A stretch of DNA of 64,000 nt, taken from contig CAADYO010000001.1 of NCBI GenBank assembly GCA_900753325.1, forward strand, positions 410 through 64,409, written 5' to 3'. Made by a program: the position numbers and the translations under genes. Positions 46,463-56,156 of the stretch are shown here, in pieces. A model generated the notes under the pieces. That model saw only the letters and a program-made list of their open reading frames with translations, ran no database searches and was not told the origin of the DNA. The DNA comes from Bacilli bacterium. GTDB lineage: Bacteria; Bacillota_I; Bacilli_A; RF39; UBA660. How positions within the stretch are numbered: position 1 is the first letter of the stretch; each line of letters opens with the position of its first letter.

Positions 46463-48316
46463 TTATTGTTTCAATCTCTTATCACCTGTATAGTACCAGT
46501 TGTTATTTAGTAAGTTAGTGTCATTATAGTGACTCCATTTTTCTTCCGTTTTTCCTTCACTCTTTAATTTCCTAGTTCTTGTACTAGCATAACATACTGT
46601 TCCATAAATTGGTTCTGTTCTAGTAGCTATTTCTGATGTTGTTATGGTTCTATAAATGTTAACTGTCTTTGTTGTATATCCTCCACAGCTTGCCATAATA
46701 CCATTTGAACTAGATATTGGTGTTGTTGTACTTGATACAGCCTGAATACTTCCATTGTATGTATATTCATCATAATAGAAATTTGGTAGTGTTGTACATG
46801 TATCTGAACAATAGCTATAGTCTGCACCTACAAAGATGTAATGCTTAGTTTCAGTATCTCTTGGTGGATTCTTGTATAGTTTTCTACCATTATATGTCCA
46901 GCCATCTACTGAATGTTGTGTTGATGAAGTAACACTGTTGATGCTTGAATATCTTGTAGTTGTTGCATATGTCACATTGCTTATTATTACGTAATTATAA
47001 TTAGTACATGTTTTTTCTTGATATGAACCGGCCGTAATTTGAGTCGTTCTATCTTTTTGATATTTTTTCTCATACGTTCCAATTTTTTCTTTACGTTCGT
47101 ATAATTTTCTTTCTTCTAAACATTTTATATCAGTACTAGCACAAGTTATAGCTTCTGTTTTACAACTTGTTTTGTTCCAACTCGTCCATTTTGTCCATGA
47201 TGTGAATTCAGCATGTGTAGTTCTAGCATATTTATACTCATATTCTTTCTCGTCGGGTATGTCTTTACAAGCTTTTTCATATGCTTCTTTACTAACTACA
47301 TTTCCTGAGGCGTCATAATATTTACCATTTACTATTTCACAATAGTGTTTCTCGTCAGGCTTGGCTGTACATTCTTCTTCATATGTATTTTTATCGACAA
47401 CATTTCCAGCTTTTCCATAATATTTACCATTAACTTTCTCACAATAGTGTTTCTCATCTGGTTTATTCTTACAAGATTTCTCATATGCTTTTTTACTAAC
47501 TACATTTCCTGAGGCATCATAATACTTGCCGTCAACTTTAATACATATATATTTATCAGCTGGCTTTTTAACACATTCTTTGTCATATGTTGATCTATTA
47601 ACTATATTTCCGTTTTTACCATAGTATTTGCCATTTGCCTTAACACAATAATATTTAGTTTCGAAATTTGTAATTTTACCACATTCATTTTCATAGGTTT
47701 TTTTATTTACAACATTTCCTGACTTACTGTAATATTTGCCATTTACTATTTGACAATAATACTTTTTAGTGATTGGTGTGTTTGGATTTATAACTGTTCC
47801 TTTTACTACTATGTCAGTTGACTTTTTCTCACATATATTTGACTCACAGTATGTATAGCAACCAAGGTGAACTAAAATGTAATCCTCTTTTTCACTATCT
47901 TTCAAATTAACTTTTAAAATATATTCGTCAGATGCTTTTGTTATTTTTACATAACTTTTTTCAACATCTACTGCTTTATTATTTTTATCAATTAGAGGTG
48001 TAATAATCTTTAAGCCTATCATTTCGCTTAAGGTCATTTCCTTATAGTCACCCTCATTTTGTGGTAATCTCTCATCTGTATAATAAGAAATAGCAGCTTC
48101 TTTCATTCTTTTTAAGTTATCTGCAAATATTTGCGATGTTAAAGCACTTACATCACTATTGTTATTCCCATTATTTTTTATATTTTTGTTAATAGTTGGT
48201 GTTATGAATTTTGGCAATAACCAAACTAATAAAAATACAAAAATTATTATTAATATTAGCTTTAATAGAAAATTTCTAAAAGGGAATCCTCTATTTTCAT
48301 ATTCTTCCGTATACAT
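46463..48316 (-). CDS. Membrane-anchored Cys-rich repeat protein, unknown function (617 aa)
   Basis: GGGGGAG RBS, N-terminal TM LLKLILIIIFVFLLVWLL, five Cys-bracketed repeats, and a T/S/Y/C-rich C-terminal half. Confidence 0.6.
   Translation of the reverse strand: MYTEEYENRGFPFRNFLLKLILIIIFVFLLVWLLPKFITPTINKNIKNNGNNNSDVSALTSQIFADNLKRMKEAAISYYTDERLPQNEGDYKEMTLSEMIGLKIITPLIDKNNKAVDVEKSYVKITKASDEYILKVNLKDSEKEDYILVHLGCYTYCESNICEKKSTDIVVKGTVINPNTPITKKYYCQIVNGKYYSKSGNVVNKKTYENECGKITNFETKYYCVKANGKYYGKNGNIVNRSTYDKECVKKPADKYICIKVDGKYYDASGNVVSKKAYEKSCKNKPDEKHYCEKVNGKYYGKAGNVVDKNTYEEECTAKPDEKHYCEIVNGKYYDASGNVVSKEAYEKACKDIPDEKEYEYKYARTTHAEFTSWTKWTSWNKTSCKTEAITCASTDIKCLEERKLYERKEKIGTYEKKYQKDRTTQITAGSYQEKTCTNYNYVIISNVTYATTTRYSSINSVTSSTQHSVDGWTYNGRKLYKNPPRDTETKHYIFVGADYSYCSDTCTTLPNFYYDEYTYNGSIQAVSSTTTPISSSNGIMASCGGYTTKTVNIYRTITTSEIATRTEPIYGTVCYASTRTRKLKSEGKTEEKWSHYNDTNLLNNNWYYTGDKRLKQ
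47267..47764 (-). repeat. Five tandem coding repeats (about 28-aa core, 34-36 aa period)
   Basis: KYYCQIVNGKYYSKSGNVVNKKTYENEC / KYYCVKANGKYYGKNGNIVNRSTYDKEC / KYICIKVDGKYYDASGNVVSKKAYEKSC / KHYCEKVNGKYYGKAGNVVDKNTYEEEC / KHYCEIVNGKYYDASGNVVSKEAYEKAC (residues about 185-350). Confidence 0.8.
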
Positions 48317-48372
48317 GCATACACTCCCCCGATCCGTTTGCTTTTATATACTACCATATGTGACAATTTTTG

Positions 48373-48633
48373 TCAATTTTTTTGCTTTATTTGTACGATG
48401 GTCTCTCCTGCGTTAAAATTATCTATTTTATATGATATTACTAGGCGATTTTTTCCTAATGTTTCCTGAGTTATTTTACGTAAAATGCCAGCACCATTTC
48501 CGTGAATTATTAAGACTAATGAATTACCCATTTTATAGTTGTCATTAATAAATTCATTTATTATTATACGGGCGTAGTCACGATCAAAACCATGCAAGTC
48601 TAGTTGTGGTGCATTTTTATATAATGTCATCAT
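48373..48633 (-). CDS. Smr-domain protein (stand-alone)
   Basis: LDLHGF...A...I and LVLIIHGNGAGILR motifs of the Smr/MutS2 C-terminal domain; 86 aa. Confidence 0.75.
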   Translation of the reverse strand: MMTLYKNAPQLDLHGFDRDYARIIINEFINDNYKMGNSLVLIIHGNGAGILRKITQETLGKNRLVISYKIDNFNAGETIVQIKQKN

Positions 48634-49513
48634 AATTTAAAACCTCTTCTAATTCTGGAATTGAATAACGTGAACCAACTTTCGTAACTGAAATAGCACC
48701 AGCAATTGATGCGTAACGAATTGCATCTTTTAGTTTATATCCAGCACTTATAAAATATGCAAAAGCCCCATGGAAAATGTCTCCGGCACCTGTTGAGTCA
48801 AGTGATTTTTCTTTTACGCTTGGAAACTGACAATACTTTTCATCTATTTTGGTAAAACTACCTTTTTCTTCTAGTGTGATAATTATGTTGGTATTATAAT
48901 AATCTTTTAGATGTTCATAACAAGATATAATTGTTTCTTCATTTGAATAGTCGATTTTTATTTTAGTAAATTCTTCAGCAAAATCTTTAGAACAAATTAC
49001 ATATGTTACTAGTTTTCCTAATGCTTTAGTATCTTCATTTACTCTTCCAGCATCAAGTATACTAATGGCTTTTTTATTGTCTTTTAGGACTTTCATTGCT
49101 GTTTCAGGATGTTCACCATCAACTAATACAATGTCTGCTTTTAGATTTTCATTATATGATAACTTTCTTATTGGTTTATCTTTAACGGTAAGAATTGTTC
49201 TGGTTCCTTTTTTTAGATTGGCAATTATATAACTACTTGATGTTTTATGATTTTTAACTTTATCTATATATTCTGTATGAGCCTTAACTTGCCTAAATTC
49301 ATCAATTATCAGCTTGCCATAATAGTCATCACCTATAGCAGATAGTATTGTTGTATCTACATTCCAAAGGGCCAATAAGTAACTAGCATTAGCGGCTGGC
49401 CCTCCCCCATTTTCAATACTTTCTTCAAGTCTTATTTTTTTATTTTCTACTGGAAAGGTTTCTACTGGTAAAGTTATATCATATGTTGCGTGTCCTACAC
49501 ATATTGCTTTCAT
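48617..49513 (-). CDS. PfkB-family carbohydrate kinase
   Basis: GGGPAANA near the N-terminus and a C-terminal DSTGAGDIFHGAF motif. Confidence 0.85.
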   Translation of the reverse strand: MKAICVGHATYDITLPVETFPVENKKIRLEESIENGGGPAANASYLLALWNVDTTILSAIGDDYYGKLIIDEFRQVKAHTEYIDKVKNHKTSSSYIIANLKKGTRTILTVKDKPIRKLSYNENLKADIVLVDGEHPETAMKVLKDNKKAISILDAGRVNEDTKALGKLVTYVICSKDFAEEFTKIKIDYSNEETIISCYEHLKDYYNTNIIITLEEKGSFTKIDEKYCQFPSVKEKSLDSTGAGDIFHGAFAYFISAGYKLKDAIRYASIAGAISVTKVGSRYSIPELEEVLNYDDII

Positions 49514-49547
49514 AATGTTTTCTCCTTATTATTCATATTTTGGTATA

Positions 49548-50264
49548 TTAAAAATTAACTGGTAAAATCGAAAATACTATAGCTAATACTATTGATGGTA
49601 ATAAATTGGCTACAGATATTTTTTTATCAAATAGTAAGTTTATACCAACACAGAATATTAGAATTGAACCTATTAATGATATGTTTGAAATAGCTACTGT
49701 TGTCATTATACCAGATAAGAGCTTTGCTAACAAAGTCATTGAGCCTTCAAGGATAAATACTGGTATAGCACTGAATATGCAACCTTTTCCCAGTGAACAT
49801 GATAGAATCATTACAATGACTAAATCTAGTACAGACTTGGTGGCTAAAATGGAATAGTCACCTACTAGGCCTTCTTTTATGGAACCAAGAATGGCCATAG
49901 CGCCAATACAAACTGTAAATGAGGCTGTAGTAAAACCTTTAATAAATTTCTTATCTTTTGAATTGCCTGTTTTTGTTTTTATAAAAGAAGCAAAGGTTTC
50001 AAATATTCCTTCTATATCTATTATTTCACCAAATATTGTTCCAAGTGTTAAACAAAGTACTATAAACATACCTTTACCTGCCACTAATGTGGAATCAGTT
50101 ATACTAATCATTCCTTCAATAGCACCTGCTATTCCGATAAAAATAACCGCTATAGCACAACTTCTAATAATAGCTGTTTGACTTTCTTCTTTTAGTCTCT
50201 TACCAAATAAAATTCCTAATATTCCACCAATGATAATGGAAATTGTATTAATTATAGTTCCCAT
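49548..50264 (-). CDS. DUF554-family membrane protein
   Basis: MGTIINTISIIIGGILGILFGKRLKEE N-terminus and a polytopic profile, as in YdfK/YqgA-like proteins. Confidence 0.65.
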   Translation of the reverse strand: MGTIINTISIIIGGILGILFGKRLKEESQTAIIRSCAIAVIFIGIAGAIEGMISITDSTLVAGKGMFIVLCLTLGTIFGEIIDIEGIFETFASFIKTKTGNSKDKKFIKGFTTASFTVCIGAMAILGSIKEGLVGDYSILATKSVLDLVIVMILSCSLGKGCIFSAIPVFILEGSMTLLAKLLSGIMTTVAISNISLIGSILIFCVGINLLFDKKISVANLLPSIVLAIVFSILPVNF

Positions 50265-50287
50265 AAATTCTTGTTCTCCTAATTAAA

Positions 50288-50770
50288 TTATATTTTCTTT
50301 ATTTCTGTATACATTCTTGGATGATACCCTTGTTTATTATAAAACTTTATACCTGTTTTGTTATAGGCAAAGACATCGACTAAGATATATTCACAGTTAT
50401 TTTCTTTAAAATACTTTTCTAAGGTTTCTATTAGGGCTTTTCCAATACCGTTATTTCTTGTTTTAGATGTAACTATTAACTCTGTAATTTCTCCTCTTTT
50501 AGGACATTTATAATCTAAGTAATCATACTCTTCATATCCAGGTATAGTTCCCATTATCATACCTAATACTTTATCATTTTCAATAGCTAGGTAACACTTA
50601 CCAGAATTTTTTTGTACTTCTTCTAAATCAAGTAAAGCCATTTTTTCATGATATTCTGGGTGGACATGATCTAATTCATCTTCATCTATTGATACAATAT
50701 ACTCTTCTAATTCAGTTAACAAATCTCTTACATCTTCTAAATATTTATCTTCATATTCAATTATTTCCAT
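50288..50770 (-). CDS. GNAT-family N-acetyltransferase
   Basis: Motif A, TRNNGIGKALIETLEKY; 160 aa. Confidence 0.8.
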   Translation of the reverse strand: MEIIEYEDKYLEDVRDLLTELEEYIVSIDEDELDHVHPEYHEKMALLDLEEVQKNSGKCYLAIENDKVLGMIMGTIPGYEEYDYLDYKCPKRGEITELIVTSKTRNNGIGKALIETLEKYFKENNCEYILVDVFAYNKTGIKFYNKQGYHPRMYTEIKKI

Positions 50771-50774
50771 TTAA

Positions 50775-51213
50775 CACCTCTTCTACTGTTTTTTCTATCG
50801 TTAAAGAAGAACTATCAATTATATATTTATTAAATTCATTTAAAAGACTAATACTTCTTTCATGCATTTGACAATCTTCAGACCTTAATAAATCTCTTTT
50901 TATAATTGGTTTTTCATCTACTAATAGACATTTAAATATTATTTCATAATCTTTAAATAAATGTTTCTTTTAATGTATCTAAGTTTTTATTACTAATAAT
51001 ATAAGTTAAACACTACATCATAGCCAGTTTCTAAATATAATTTAATTAGCATAATACAATATTCTAAAATAAATCTAATGGAGCATCTTTATACCAAGGC
51101 TTTATTCTACCTCCTACAAAGAAATTGTAAATTGTATCACCTTCTATTACAACTGATTTTTTTAATTTTTTTCCGACTCCGGCAGGACCAGTTATTATGT
51201 ATAATTTATTCAT
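50775..51213 (-). pseudogene. P-loop kinase/AAA-type ATPase pseudogene
   Basis: Starts MNKLYIITGPAGVGK, but the residues after the P-loop Lys are deleted (GVGKKLKKSVVIEGDTIY). A TAG follows within PLDLF-stop-NIV, where I would expect Trp, and further stops and frameshifts lie downstream. Confidence 0.55.
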
Positions 51214-51357
51214 ATCTGTCTTTCCTTTCATATATTTTTCTTTTAATTATCATTTATTTCTCTTACACATATTTTATCATAAAAAGAAATGTTTTTAGTA
51301 ATGAAATTATAATTAAAAAAAATTCTTAGAACACTCTAAGAATTTTCTTTGCATAAA

Positions 51358-53985
51358 TCATTCGGATTTATTATTAATAGCGGCAATAGCAGCTGCTAGA
51401 CGTGCTACTGGGACACGATATGGAGAACATGATACATAATCTAATCCTACTTTATGACAGAATTCGATACTTTTTGGATCTCCACCATGCTCACCACAGA
51501 TTCCAAGTTGAATATCTGGTCTTGTCTTTCTTCCTAAATCAGCGGCAATGGCTACTAGTTTTCCGACTCCTTCTTGATCAATTGTTGCGAATGGATCTTG
51601 TTCAAGTATTTTTTTCTTATAGTAATCATTTAAGAATTTAGAAGCGTCATCTCTTGAGAATCCAAATGTCATTTGTGTTAAATCATTGGTTCCAAAACTG
51701 AAGAATTCGGCCTCTTTAGCAATTTCATCAGCGGTTAAGGCTGCTCTTGGTATTTCAATCATTGTTCCTACTTCATATTTTAGCTCCATACCGGCATCAG
51801 CAATTAATTTATCTGCTGTTTTGACAACTATATCTTTTACATATTTTAATTCTTTTACTGTTCCAACTAGTGGAATCATTATTTCTGGAATAACTGTTTT
51901 TCCTTCTTTTTTAATATTAATGGCAGCCTCAATAACAGCTCTTGTTTGCATTCTAGCTATTTCTGGATAAGTTATAGCTAAACGGCAGCCACGGTGGCCC
52001 ATCATTGGATTAAACTCTTTTAGGGATTCTACTCTATTTTTTAAAGCTTCAAAAGTCATGCCTAGACTTTCAGCTAATGGTTTAATTTCTTCATCTGTAT
52101 GTGGCAAAAATTCATGTAATGGTGGATCTAGGAAACGAATTGTTACAGTGTAGCCATCCATAGCTCTAAATAGGCCTTCAAAGTCTTCTTTTTGATATGG
52201 AAGAATTTTTTCTAAGGCTTCTTCTCTTGCTTCAGTTGTTGTTGCTGTTATCATACGACGGAAGTTAAAGATTCGCTCTTCTTCAAAGAACATGTGTTCT
52301 GTACGACATAGGCCAATTCCTTCAGCACCAAATTTTCGAGCTTGTAGAGCATCTTTTGGGGTGTCAGCATTTGTTCTGATTTTTAACTTACGAGTTGCAT
52401 CAGCCCATTCCATTATCGTTTCAAAATTACCTGATATTTCTGGTTCAACTGTTTTGATTTTTTCACCATAAACATTTCCTGTTGAACCATCTAGACTGAT
52501 ATAGTCTCCTTCTTTAAATACAGTACCATCTTTTAATGTTAATGTTTTGGTGTCTTCATCTACAACAATGTCTCCACAACCGGATACACAACAAGTTCCC
52601 ATTCCACGAGCAACAACGGCAGCATGTGACGTCATACCTCCACGTACAGTTAAAATTCCATGTGCTAGGTTCATTCCTTCAATATCTTCTGGTGATGTTT
52701 CAAGTCTTGCTAAAATAAGATCTTTTTCTCCTGCATTATGCATTTTAATGACATCTTCGGCAGTAAAGCACAATTTACCTGTTGCGGCACCAGGGGATGC
52801 AGCAAGACCTGTTGCAATAACTTTAGCAGCTTTTAGACTTTCATCATCAAAATTTGGATGTAGTAATTGATCTAGTTGTTTTGGTTCTATTTTTAATAAT
52901 GCTTCTTCTTTAGTAATCATGCCTTCATTTACTAAATCAACAGCAATTTGTAAAGCGGCTTTTGCTGTTCTTTTGCCATTTCTTGTTTGAAGCATAAATA
53001 GTTTGCCATCTTCAATTGTAAATTCCATATCTTGCATATCACGATAATGATTTTCTAGTAATTTACAAATCCTTTTGAATTCTTCATAACACTCTGGCAT
53101 TACTTCTTTTAGGGTATTGATACTTTGTGGTGTACGAATACCTGCTACAACATCTTCGCCTTGAGCGTTCATTAAATATTCACCATATAGTTTGTTTTCT
53201 CCTGTTGCTGGATTTCTTGTAAAGGCAACACCGGTTCCTGAAGTTTCTCCTTTATTACCATAAACCATTTCTTGAACGTTTACGGCTGTACCCCAGGCAC
53301 TTGGTATATCATTAAGGCGACGATATGTAATGGCTCTATCATTATTCCAACTTCTAAATACGGCTTTTACGGCCTCTATTAATTGTTCTGTTGGATCTTG
53401 TGGGAATGAAGTATGAGCAAGCTTTTCATACTCTCCTTTATATATTCTAATTACTTCTTTTAAATCTTCGGCACTTAGATCAGTATCATATTCAACATTC
53501 TTTTCTTCTTTTATTTTATCAAATAATCTTTCAAAAGATGATTTTGGGAAACCCATAACAACATCTGCAAACATTTGGATAAAGCGGCGATATGAGTCAT
53601 AGACAAAACGTGGGTTATTAGTAACTTTACTAAATCCTTCAGCCACTTCATCATTCATTCCTAAGTTTAGGACTGTATCCATCATTCCTGGCATACTAGC
53701 TCTTGCTCCTGATCTTACAGATACTAATAATGGATTTTCTTTATCACCGAATTTTTTACCTGTTACTTCTTCTAATTCAGTAATTTTACTTTTAATTTCT
53801 TCTATAATTGAGGAATCTAATTTTTCACCATCATCATAGTATTTACAACAAGCTTCTGTTGAAACTGTAAAGCCTCTTGGTACTGGTAGTCCAATATTAG
53901 TCATTTCAGCTAAATTGGCACCTTTTCCACCTAAGAGTTCGCGCATATCTTTACTTCCTTCAGTAAACATGTATACATATTTCAT
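51358..53985 (-). CDS. ppdK: Pyruvate, phosphate dikinase
   Basis: 875 aa with LLGGKGANLAEM, the phospho-His region GGMTSHAAVVARG, and a C-terminal PEP-utilising domain (CGEHGGDP). Confidence 0.95.
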   Translation of the reverse strand: MKYVYMFTEGSKDMRELLGGKGANLAEMTNIGLPVPRGFTVSTEACCKYYDDGEKLDSSIIEEIKSKITELEEVTGKKFGDKENPLLVSVRSGARASMPGMMDTVLNLGMNDEVAEGFSKVTNNPRFVYDSYRRFIQMFADVVMGFPKSSFERLFDKIKEEKNVEYDTDLSAEDLKEVIRIYKGEYEKLAHTSFPQDPTEQLIEAVKAVFRSWNNDRAITYRRLNDIPSAWGTAVNVQEMVYGNKGETSGTGVAFTRNPATGENKLYGEYLMNAQGEDVVAGIRTPQSINTLKEVMPECYEEFKRICKLLENHYRDMQDMEFTIEDGKLFMLQTRNGKRTAKAALQIAVDLVNEGMITKEEALLKIEPKQLDQLLHPNFDDESLKAAKVIATGLAASPGAATGKLCFTAEDVIKMHNAGEKDLILARLETSPEDIEGMNLAHGILTVRGGMTSHAAVVARGMGTCCVSGCGDIVVDEDTKTLTLKDGTVFKEGDYISLDGSTGNVYGEKIKTVEPEISGNFETIMEWADATRKLKIRTNADTPKDALQARKFGAEGIGLCRTEHMFFEEERIFNFRRMITATTTEAREEALEKILPYQKEDFEGLFRAMDGYTVTIRFLDPPLHEFLPHTDEEIKPLAESLGMTFEALKNRVESLKEFNPMMGHRGCRLAITYPEIARMQTRAVIEAAINIKKEGKTVIPEIMIPLVGTVKELKYVKDIVVKTADKLIADAGMELKYEVGTMIEIPRAALTADEIAKEAEFFSFGTNDLTQMTFGFSRDDASKFLNDYYKKKILEQDPFATIDQEGVGKLVAIAADLGRKTRPDIQLGICGEHGGDPKSIEFCHKVGLDYVSCSPYRVPVARLAAAIAAINNKSE

Positions 53986-54079
53986 ATATTATTCCCTCCT
54001 ATTTTCTATACTCTTTAAGTATAGCAAGTTATTGGAACTTGAACAAGTTTTTTTACATTTTTTTACTAAAGAAAAAGAC

Positions 54080-54379
54080 TTATTTTATTAAGTCTTCTAT
54101 TTGTTTTTTTTCTAAATATCCTATATGTTTATTAGCAAGTTTTCCATCTTTAAATACTAGTAAGGTTGGAATAGACATTATGGTATATTCTCTACTAATA
54201 TTTGGAAATTTATCAACATCTACTTTTACTACATGCACATCTTCATGCTCTTTAGCAAATGTTTCGATTACTGGTTCTAATAATCTACAAGGTCCACACC
54301 AGGTAGCATAAAAATCTACTAAGACTTTTTCTTTTTTAATTTCTTCATTAAAATCTTTTTCATTTTCCAAATAAGTCAT
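54080..54379 (-). CDS. trxA: Thioredoxin
   Basis: WCGPC active site; 99 aa. Confidence 0.9.
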   Translation of the reverse strand: MTYLENEKDFNEEIKKEKVLVDFYATWCGPCRLLEPVIETFAKEHEDVHVVKVDVDKFPNISREYTIMSIPTLLVFKDGKLANKHIGYLEKKQIEDLIK

Positions 54380-54392
54380 TATGATTCCTCCT

Positions 54393-55109
54393 CTATTTAT
54401 ACTTATTTATAACTTTATCTAAACCAGATATACTATCTAGTTTATCTAAAACCATTAGTTGCTCAACAGTATGAGCACTTGTTATGTCATATTTTATCAT
54501 GGTATCTATTATTTCTAAGTTGGCCTCATTGGTACTTACTTTCTTATTTACAACTTTATCGGCTACAACATAAATATCTTCTATAGAGTTGGTTATATTA
54601 CTACTAGAATTTGAAATAATCGGTGTTTTATAAATAATAGTATTTACTAAGGAACTATTACTAAATAAATCAAAATTTTTAAATGGTAGAACTAATAGTA
54701 GTAAAATTATAAAGGCAAATAAGTAACCTTCTATTAAACCAATTACGAATCCTCCTATAGCTGATGGTAATTTTAAAATAATGGTGGCATTGACTATTTT
54801 CTGAATAAATTTTGATATACCTGTTAATAAACCATAAATGGATAATAATACAGCTATTATAATTATAAAAGCTAGTAATTGGTATATTAATATATTTATA
54901 GATACTAATCCTTCTAAATTACCTGAAAATTTAAAGAATGGTAAGTATTTACATAATAAATTACCAAATGGTTCTTTAAAATAGAAAGCTATTATAAATA
55001 CTAATATTATACCTATTAATGAAACGGCACTTTTTATTAGACCTTGTTTAGCACCAACGACTGCAAACATAATAATAAATAATATAATACCTATATCAAA
55101 TATGTTCAT
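54393..55109 (-). CDS. cvpA: CvpA-family membrane protein
   Basis: MNIFDIGIILFIIMFAVVGAKQGLIKS N-terminus typical of CvpA. It lies divergent from rnhC, a common Bacillota arrangement. Confidence 0.7.
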   Translation of the reverse strand: MNIFDIGIILFIIMFAVVGAKQGLIKSAVSLIGIILVFIIAFYFKEPFGNLLCKYLPFFKFSGNLEGLVSINILIYQLLAFIIIIAVLLSIYGLLTGISKFIQKIVNATIILKLPSAIGGFVIGLIEGYLFAFIILLLLVLPFKNFDLFSNSSLVNTIIYKTPIISNSSSNITNSIEDIYVVADKVVNKKVSTNEANLEIIDTMIKYDITSAHTVEQLMVLDKLDSISGLDKVINKYK

Positions 55110-55183
55110 TTTATCACACTCCTATTTTTAATTATAAACTATTTTTAATAATTATGCTATAATATTTGAAAGAGGTGGAATAA

Positions 55184-56095
55184 ATGAATGTAGTTATTAA
55201 AGTTAATGATGAGATTAAGCAAAAGATGATTGAATATTATAAAGATAAAATGAGAGATAAAGTTATTCCATATGTGGTTTTTCAGGCTGAAGAAGAAGAT
55301 ACAGTTATTACGATGTATGAATCAGGTAAAGTAATGTTTCAGGGAAAAAGTGCTGATGTTGATGCAGCTATGTGGGGTGTAGCTTTAGAAAATACTAAGG
55401 AAAAACAAGAAGAGGCAAAAAAGGCAGATGTGAAATATTATAATACTAATGCTGTTGGATCGGATGAGGTTGGAACAGGAGACTATTTCGGGCCTATTGT
55501 TGTTACCGCTACTTATGTAAAGAAAGAAGATATACCATTTTTAGAAAAATTAGGTGTTGGTGATTCTAAAAAGATTGATGATTCTAAAATTTTAAAAATA
55601 GCTCCAGAAATTGCTAAAAGAGTTAAGTATCGTAGTATTATTCTTAGTAATAAAGAATATAATGAAAAGTATACTAAAAATATTAATATGAATAAAATTA
55701 AAGCTATTATGCATAATAAAGTTTTGTATCAATTAATGACAGAAGAAAAACCTAATGTTGATTATATTATTGTAGATGAATTTGCGAGAGAAGCTAGATA
55801 TTATGATTATTTAGATGACGTTAAAGACGTTCAAAGAGGTATTACTTTTATTACTAAGGCTGAGGATAAAAATCTAGCTGTTGCATCTGGTTCAATAATT
55901 AGTCGTTATATTTTCTTAAAAGAATTTGATAAACTTTGTGATAGTATTCATATTCCATTACCAAAAGGAGCTGGCAAAGATGTTGACTCTATTGGCGAAG
56001 AAGTAGTTGAAAGGTATGGTAAAGATAAGTTAAAAGAAATTGCTAAATTGAATTTTAAAAATACAGATAGAATACTCCATACTATGATTATGTAA
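55184..56095 (+). CDS. rnhC: Ribonuclease HIII
   Basis: N-terminal TBP-like domain, then the GSDEVGTGDYFGP catalytic motif; about 303 aa. Confidence 0.9.
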   Translation: MNVVIKVNDEIKQKMIEYYKDKMRDKVIPYVVFQAEEEDTVITMYESGKVMFQGKSADVDAAMWGVALENTKEKQEEAKKADVKYYNTNAVGSDEVGTGDYFGPIVVTATYVKKEDIPFLEKLGVGDSKKIDDSKILKIAPEIAKRVKYRSIILSNKEYNEKYTKNINMNKIKAIMHNKVLYQLMTEEKPNVDYIIVDEFAREARYYDYLDDVKDVQRGITFITKAEDKNLAVASGSIISRYIFLKEFDKLCDSIHIPLPKGAGKDVDSIGEEVVERYGKDKLKEIAKLNFKNTDRILHTMIM

Positions 56096-56120
56096 TTATA
56101 ATTTTATAAAGCGAGAATAA

Positions 56121-56147
56121 AAGACCATTGATAATATCAACGGTCTT
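56121..56147. terminator. Bidirectional terminator hairpin between rnhC and the kinase operon
   Basis: AAGACCATTGAT-AAT-ATCAACGGTCTT stem flanked by A/T runs. Confidence 0.6.
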
Positions 56148-56156
56148 TAACTTTTT

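Noticed and set aside
47140-47240. Calling the WxxWxxW plus Cys segment of the 617-aa protein a thrombospondin type-1 repeat.
   Set aside because: Only a short motif-level resemblance exists, without the full TSR cysteine pattern. It is kept as a descriptive note inside the finding, not as a domain call.
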